A DNA stretch of 64,000 nucleotides from positions 481,840 to 545,839 of the forward strand of contig NMRA01000259.1 of assembly GCA_002633005.1 (NCBI GenBank), read 5' to 3'. Position 1 is the first letter of the stretch. The number at the start of each line of letters is the position of its first letter. Below the pieces are notes generated by a model. The model worked only from the letters and a program-made list of their open reading frames with translations. It was not told the DNA's origin and searched no databases. This document shows positions 24,001-64,000 of the stretch, piece after piece. The translations under genes and the position numbers were made by a program. The stretch comes from Phoronis australis. Taxonomy: Eukaryota > Animalia > Phoronida.

Positions 24001-25249
24001 TGTTATGCCTAATATACTCTAAACCAATACCTAAAAATGTAACCGCAGTACACACACCTTAAAAACACTGTTCGGATTATCCCCAAACTCCTCAGGTAAA
24101 AACACCAGATAAAGATGCCTCGCATTTTTTCATTTAGTTTCAACACAGTATATGCGACCTACTGACGCATGTTGCAGGCTAATGAGTACAATACAAAGTT
24201 GTCTCCAAGACAACAGTTCAATGTGTAAATGCAACTCAATGAGCCAACTTGATTGAGAATTCTGAATTATTAATTCTTAAGGATATTGTTAATGAACTAC
24301 TGACTAAAAGGACCTCTGTTGACCATTTTCCTTACACATTCCATAGAGAAGAGAACGTAGTCAGGTCCACCGAAGGGAAAATATGCTGTCACTCGCATAG
24401 CACAGGTTAAAGGTAATTTTCAAGGAAAGAAGACAAATACCGACAAACCATTCAGTTTTATTCACTGGCACAGCAAATAAAATCCTCAAGTCAACCAGAG
24501 TTGCTAAAAAGCTCACCCATTACGTAAACAGTCTTCCTGAAAAGTGTCCTTCATCAGTCTAAATACCAAACAGGTTCTATTCGTATACCAATGTTATGCA
24601 AGCAAAATGCCGCCCACTTGTTTCAAACTTGGTCAGATTACTACCTCCGCAATGTTGGACAATGGTATACAGAATCAACATTCCGTTTATGTCCCAACCC
24701 AGATGACCGCTACCAATGACATCATCACAATCAGACGTCTGCCAACAGGTCCCAGCAGGCATCATTCTGGCACAGGGCCAACGTTCTACTGTAACCAACT
24801 CAAATAGCAATACCACTTCCTATCCACTGCTAAACATCTGTTAAAGGGCAACTAAACTGAGAAGCAAAGTGAGTCACAATCAACATGTGTTGACTACAGA
24901 TCAGGAGACTCTCCACTATCCCTCACTAGTGGTGGTACAAATTAAACAGCTTCCTTCTTTTATCAGGCAAGTTGATCCAGTATCCATTAACACTATGAAA
25001 ATCCTCCGATAATAATGAGGTCAGCCAATAATTTTTAAGAACCAGGCGAAGTTTTGCCCATCAAACTAAAATTATTCCGAAAGCTTCCAAGTCAAATAGC
25101 TCCCTTCCTGAACTTCTGGCACTCACAATAACACATTTCACAAGTTTCGTCGCTGAAACATTTCAGGAAATCCTTCTCCATGGAGGTTGTCACTCACGCC
25201 CTGACCAGGGGTCACTCTATTCTGACCAAAGACTAATCCCTAGTACCAT

Positions 25250-56962
<31,713 letters not shown>

Positions 56963-59900
56963 TCATAACCATCAATCCTGCTCCACATCAAAACGTGGCT
57001 AAGGTCACACGAGTATATGTTACAGTTATTCTCCGTTTATTTTGCACAAAAATAATTACCAAAATTACGCTTTTTTCCATTTTTCAGAGGCCAATTACTT
57101 CACTACAAATAATGGATAATTTACCAAAAGTTGTTACGTGACATCAATACCACACAAACCATGCTAGTGACAGACTAAAATTTAATTAATCTTTATTTGT
57201 GTGGAGAAATTTGACAAAATAGAATTTCACTTGTCAGCTATAATGAATGCTAAATAAGTCGAAAATTACTGTAGCAATGAAGAAGCGCTAACCAGACTGG
57301 CCTCATGTCATGGAGGTTAGTACACTGGACAAAGAACAAAGTAATGTATAATGACCACTTGGATGAGAATAGTCAAACTGGATTATGACCCGGAGAATCA
57401 TACTTGTCAACATAATTCAACAATAACACGGATGACCTGGGCGGCTGGGCCCAGGGTCTAATCTATTAATTCACACTCTCATCCCCTTACTCGAAACTTA
57501 GCCAAGCACACCTCAAGTATCAATTTGTAAGATTACTTGAAATGTTGCGTGCAACTTGTCATTTCTCGAGAGGGATTAAGGAAGTTTTGTACATTTTGAG
57601 AGCAAAAATTTGTGCAAGGCAAGCATACAGGAAGAACTGGGGTACTTTCAAAGACTCGGTCGTTTAAATTGGGGGAGGGGGGCTTCAAGTCGACCACGAG
57701 AGTTGAAAACTGAAAATTTTAGAAATTTTGCAGGTGGGCTTAACCCTCATATAGACATTAACCAGAACAAGCATGGTAGACCCACAACTGTTGTATGTCC
57801 TATAGTTTGCCAACTACTACAAAAACAAGAAATCCACAAGACTGCCCAAGGAAAACAAGAGTCTTATCTATAGCAATGTAGGCAGTCAGATCACATGAAA
57901 CCTTCATGTTACAAATGCCCCCTGCTGGTGAACAGATTTGTTCCACTCCAATGAGATGACAAAAGGGGTCCCTTTTTGATCCATCTGTCTCCGAAACGTT
58001 GACTTGACCAGTGTTAACATTTTAGGGTTCACACAGAAACAGTGCTCAAATTACAAGACATTCCAGATAAAGAACACAAAGATAAACACAGCTACACATT
58101 GAATTTTATCGCCAGCAATGACCTTAGTGCCATCCCCATCTGCAATTTTCCCGTTTTCTTCTCTAAAATTTCAATCGGACACAATTTAACAGATATTCTG
58201 AATTCCATCAAATGTGCCTGAACTAATACCAGAAATTTTATTCAGGAGTTACCAAAGGCTTGTCTACTCAGTTAGGAGTAGTATAGTGTCAATGCCTGCC
58301 AATAAGAGCACTGAAAATACAGGTATTCCGGCAGCCAGCAGGAATCCTTGGGAACGGAATTAATACTGTTAATTTTTTTCCCGTAACATTTCTGTGATGT
58401 CGAAATGCATGGGACACAGCTAAAATCACTATCAACAGCCATAGCCCAAGAAATGCCTCATTCAATGGAGAGGGGTCAGTTACATAATGCTACCTTTCCT
58501 GAATGTGACAAAACTCAAGACAGGGTAATATTGAAAGAGCACCACACCACACAGTGTATGGAGCAGGTAGGTACCACCTTACTAAAATAACATTCTGACA
58601 ATTCATCAGAACTCCCCACAGGCATTTCACAGGGCTGGCTGAGACCAGGAGCTTATCACTATGTGTCTGTCATAACATGAAATGAATGACAAATTTATGT
58701 CAAAAGAAACCTCAGCAACTCTAGACAAAAGTAAACACCACTTTTCAAGGGTTCAGCAATCGTGATTGCCCACAATTTTTTAAAACAATTATCATATCAA
58801 GGCAGTTGTCATTATATTCAAACCTGCCCAAAACTTTGGAAGCGGGTAGCCAACAATGAACTTTGCCAAAAATCATGCTTCCAATGGAAGTCCACCGTTG
58901 AGGTTTTTCAACCCCATCTGCACATTCTGTCTACATGTCCAGGGGGTGTTTGGAGTTTCCAAATGGGCATTCCAAGATAAATTTGGACATAAGTCACAAC
59001 ATGAACAACAAATAACTCTGGAGAACAAGCAGTAGAGGGCACCAAAAAAACAAACCAGCTTCCAAACGAAACAAAGTTTGGTAATATCCGAGGTTAATGC
59101 AATATAATAGAATAGGTACAGCGTAACGATCTGAAGTAGTTCTAGAAAAATGGACACAGAATTTTATCCACGTTGAATGAGATTGTGCCACAGAACACAC
59201 CAACACCACAAGTCATCGACCATACATAACACCAAGAACACACTTAATACCAACCGCACCAGGAACATCATTGACACCCAACACGTGATCCTCGTTGAGA
59301 TCCAATAGGTGAACGTTCTTAGATGAGACACAACTCTCATCTCTAAAAATAGGTGCAGATTGAGTACTTGACTAATGATGAAAATTTGCTCCAGAAAGAA
59401 CTGCAGTTTTCACCTAATTACACGGGCATTATAGGCCAGTTAGATAAAACCCATCAATCCCAAGCTAAGAATCGAACCCAGAATCTCACAAGTACATTCT
59501 GGGCTAGCGGACAACTATCCGTGTACACTCACCGGAAGGCACAGATACATATCCGAAGGCCGGGCATTGACAATCCTCGACTCCTGGTCATCGACAAGCC
59601 CCGACTTCCTAAGTCACACTGCATACTAAACACTGCAGGAACCTTTCACCAAGTCCCATCAACATGCTGACACACCAAGCTTTTCATCTCCACCTGGCTT
59701 TCTACACTGATGCCCAGGCCTTACATTCCAACATCTAGATATCAATATTTAGTCCAGATGTCATAACACAACCGACACCATCTACAGCCTCATCATTAAT
59801 AAGACTGTACCAAGTTAATGCCATGGTAATCTTATTCTGGCTCAATAAACCATATAGAGTACATGCAGCAATTCTTGGCATAGGCTCTGCGACTTTGTAT

Positions 59901-62900
59901 CTGCATTTTCTCCATACGTCAATACTTATGCTTTTTTAATCGGGCAGAAATTAAGACTCGTAAGGACAGCAGCATTTTGTGACAGGGACTTCACAAATGT
60001 TAATTCAAGTGCTGATTTTTCCAAATGGAAACAACCGTGACTGCAGCAACTTGCATACCAATGGCATTTGCTGCTCTGAAAAATCTGTAAGCAGATAACA
60101 TGTGAATAACACAGATAACGTGTGAATAACACGAGGGAAAGAGAAGACGACCCGCAATCAGGGAGGGTTAAAAAATGTAGCATCTCGCACGTTAGACCAA
60201 GAGGGTCACGCATATGAAAGCTCACAACCTTCTTGCTACACAATACGAATATGGCCGCCACTGAAAACAGAAAGGCAAGACATAACGACTGCTGAATTAT
60301 GGGAGTAAACGGTGATCAACCCTACTCACCAATGAAGTCATTGCTGCCTTCAAGTACCTAGTCATTGTTTATTAAGTATTGAATAAGTCCCCAACTGGTA
60401 ACATGCTTAATGGAGGACACCAAGGCAAACTAAGCACCTTTACAGAACCAGAGTTCAAGTCAATTTATCAGTTCTCTAAAGAGCTGGGTTGAAGGATGTC
60501 AATCAGACCATTGGGACGCCATTAAACTCCCATCAGAGCAGGGAACAGTGCCTGTTGTATCAGAACCTTGAGGTGAATTAAGGCTGACTATTACATCAAC
60601 ATTTTAGTCACACTTCTGTTGCTCAGCAACAGAGGTTTTTAGAAACAAAATACAGAAGTTGATACTGGAGTGCACTTTGAAAGGTGATATGTCTAAAATT
60701 TCATCCCATCAATTACACCTCCATTTTAATGAACACCCTGTGTTTATAAACAGTGTGTGAACACAGACAGGCAGCAGGTTTTAAAAGAGCCACCTGAACG
60801 CCATCTGGTGTAAGGTCCGCATTTACACACTGAAAAGGCTTGAACATGGAAACCCCTAAAACACAAGAGTTGGACAAATTTGAAACTGAGACTTTATACA
60901 ATAAACTTTTTGCCCAATGACTTTTAGGGACCAACTGCAAAACAGGGATTTGGAACCAGACATAAAACATGGCAAAGACATTAGGATTAAAAAAAATCCG
61001 ATTGGTTCATTAGAGTCGACTCAGATCGGCTGATGGTTTTTCAAGTGCAAAATTTTCGTCAAGGGAATGCACATATTGGATGGACAAATAAAAATAATTG
61101 AAAAAATATGTTTCTCCTGCACTATGAAATCAGCTATCTTCTTTATCAACTTAGCAACTAAATTGCATGGTAAAGCGTTTCCATACTAACGTGGACGTGT
61201 CTATGCTTTGCGGAGTTGCCGTCAGTATGTACGGTTAACTTCGACCCTGGCTTGAAGTTAACAATGCTAGCCAACAATGCAGTAAACAAGTAACAATGCC
61301 CACTGCTATCGGATCATAAAAAAGGGCAGTGTCAATTCAACCTTGCATGTTGAAGTACTGTTTAATACTAAGTTCACATGAGTGCAAAAATGCTAGCAGT
61401 TTGACTGACTAAAACCACAGGAAAAACACTAGTGTTTTAGCCAGTCAGATGAGAGGTCCACGAAGGGGGCAATTTTTGCCAGCAATTAATTTCCTCACCA
61501 CTCCAGCTGCTTTGAAGTGAAAATTAATGTCACAACCAGTTCACTCTCTGACATAAATTGACTGATATGGAGATAGGACAAAGCACCTCGTTGAATTTTG
61601 TGACACCACCTTGGGCATGTAAGGTGGCGATCCATGGTGAAAAACTAACTGACGCCCCTTTCTCCTTGTTACCCCTAAGCATGTGTGTCCTTTGAAGTAG
61701 GCGACCTGGCTACAAAATTGCTAGCAAAAATGCCAGTTGTTTTGGGTAACTCAAACCTCCAGCAAAGCGCCAGCAAAAGTGACCCTAGCAACCATTCACA
61801 CTAGAGGTGTTTTTGCAGCAAGCGAAAGTGCTGGTGAAAACCCCAGCATTTAGCCAGCATGTGAACCAGGTTAGTCACCAGAACAGATAGAATTTCATTC
61901 ACTGAACTAACCCAGTGAGGTCATGGACTAAGTTATTGTATACAACACACACTGAACACTCTGTTGATGATGTCAAAGCCACTGTTTCCTCCTTGTGGAT
62001 GAAGTGATAGGCTACCATACTAGGTTTCATATTTCACTTCACTGGTCCAAAGGTAATAGACAATTATAGCAGTCACTGACTGATGAAATTTTTGTTTTTA
62101 ATTTCACGATCTCATCAGTTATCCTTTAACGATAGGTGATTAACTTTAAAATGCTTGCTTTATACAATTTCCTCCTAAGTAATAGAATTAAAATCAAATA
62201 TTACCATGAAACTCATAAGCTTAAAAGTACACAAGATCTGAGCCATGCAGTTAGTATCCTTTGGACTCATTCATTTACGGACACACACAGACAAAAGCAA
62301 TATAAATTTTGACAAAAGGTCGCCAGAAAAAATGATACTCGCCTAATAGCTGATAAAAGCCAACAGAATGTGAATTCCCTTGAAGATAACCTAATGATTT
62401 CCTGTCTACAGCTGTCCAAGAGGGTCTAGTGATTCAGGCAGCGATATTAGCCTCATATCCTTGCTGGGGTAGTATTTGTTTTAGGTATATTTTTAACAGA
62501 GTGTAATGAATCATTTACACAATCAAAGCAAATGTCTGTCAAACAGTATTAACGGTTGAAGACACAAACTGAAATAGTCGGCAGGAGAACTCTGTATTGA
62601 GGGATGAGATTTTGCAAAAAATAGAGTTTAAAATCGACACGAACGCCTCATAATAGACCAGATAGTTGAACTGCTTGTAAAAATAACAGATGCTAAATAG
62701 CCCGTAAATGAATAAGACCTTGTGGATTTACCAACCTGAACCAAGAGGGAAACCAAAACCTTGAGCAAGCAACGCAACTGTGCAGTAACTGCTGGATTAT
62801 ACCTAGTTGAGGGTTAGGGTTACGGTTGGGGTTAGGGATCACCAACAAGACTTCAGAAGACATGCATTTTAGTAAGAAAAAAATTGAAAATTTCCTATTT

Positions 62901-64000
62901 GGTACAATCTTGCACCTTACTCGCAAATTCACGCCTTGGTCCCGCTAATTGCCCAAGCCAGAACGGGCGACTCGGTACTCACCAGGTTATGCTGGTGAAC
63001 AATGGTATCTCTTTCTTACATCCAAATATACCGAAAGCACAAAGAAGATCCATCAGTGTGTCATCTGAGGGCTACATGGTCCCCCATGACAAGCAAGGGT
63101 TCTACCCATAGAATGCATGAAATTCTATGGTAGGACCCTAGCAGTCACTCATTGTACAATTCTGCGCATAATTTGCGCAAACCCCCCGTTGTCATTTTTC
63201 TATTTTTAAAAGGCTGTATTACCTTCAGGCAAACAATGGAAATTTTGGCAAACAATGTTTTGAGACATCTACACTAAAAAAACAATCTGACAATAGACTA
63301 AAATTTTCCTAATGTTCATTTCTTTGTTGAGATATGTGACAAAATAAATGTTCACCTCTCAGCTATATTGTGTACTAAATAGATAAAGATTTGTATACCG
63401 TAATGAAATCTGAAGAAATTCGAGAGGCCACGTTTTGTTGCACTGGACTTACCCAACCACCCCATGATTTTTGAGTCTGATTCAAAACCCTCCGGGTGTG
63501 TAGTAGAATGGGATGTGGTAGTGAATACAAACTTGGATGTTGTAAAAGAGATGGTGAAGTAACTAGACTCGTACCTGGATTGCACCAGGTGAGTTGGAGT
63601 TCATACCATTCAATACCAGTGTACATAGCAGCACCAGTCTCACTCTCAATACAGCATCATGTCTCATTTCACAGTACAGAACCAATCCTTGGTTCCACTG
63701 TGATAATGATAGAAGACAGACACACACTTGAGTGGTCACATTCTACAAATCAATTGCTTCCCATTTTGAGGGTCAACACCACCCCCATAGGACACACAGA
63801 ATAGATCACCACTAGTTTGATAAAGCCAGTGAATAAATGTAGGGTATTTCTAAGCACAGCCTACATGGTTTGAATACCAAATGGGGACTGCCTAGTTTAA
63901 ACCAATCTTAGAGAGGAAGAGAGAGGGATGGGAGAGAGACAGTCGAGAGAAACATAATTCGGTATTATATCACAAAAAATGATAGACTTGCATGATTGAG

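Noticed and set aside
59460-59530. tRNA B-box-like sequence (GGGTTCGATTC on - strand); similar traces near 1640
   Set aside because: No cloverleaf could be built; probably decayed SINE heads, too weak to annotate.
60330-60357. Short segment with consensus donor GTGAGT and ATG (MTSL) as ARHGAP39 start exon
   Set aside because: The ATG gives phase 0 but the WW1 exon needs phase 2; could at most be a non-coding exon. The true start exon was not found.
62811-62837. TTAGGG-like telomeric motifs
   Set aside because: Only about 3-4 degenerate units; common inside repeats, not an interstitial telomere array.

Overview
AT-rich, intron-rich animal (invertebrate-like) genomic DNA; not prokaryotic. The supplied ORF track is mostly noise because the real genes are spliced. 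Three protein-coding genes were reconstructed by hand from GT-AG boundaries and phase continuity. (1) The 5' part of PAXIP1/PTIP (- strand, 3 exons, N-terminal BRCT region, running off the left edge). (2) A complete 11-exon branched-chain amino acid aminotransferase (BCAT, + strand, 392 aa, with a probable mitochondrial presequence, the PLP lysine and the CVVC motif); its ATG is only 148 bp from the PAXIP1 ATG, head-to-head. (3) ARHGAP39/Vilse (- strand, WW-WW-MyTH4-RhoGAP, 12 coding exons seen; start exon not identified), convergent with BCAT. Introns contain MITE-like/hAT-like elements, a Helentron-type (HINE/DINE-1-like) element spanning an assembly gap, minisatellites, and a probable assembly-artefact duplication. 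I found no convincing new biological system. The best leads are a candidate alternative BCAT first exon that would bypass the mitochondrial presequence, several candidate in-frame alternative exons in ARHGAP39, the very compact shared promoter, and repeat-borne CTCF-like motifs. All family assignments come from recalled protein motifs; no database search was run.
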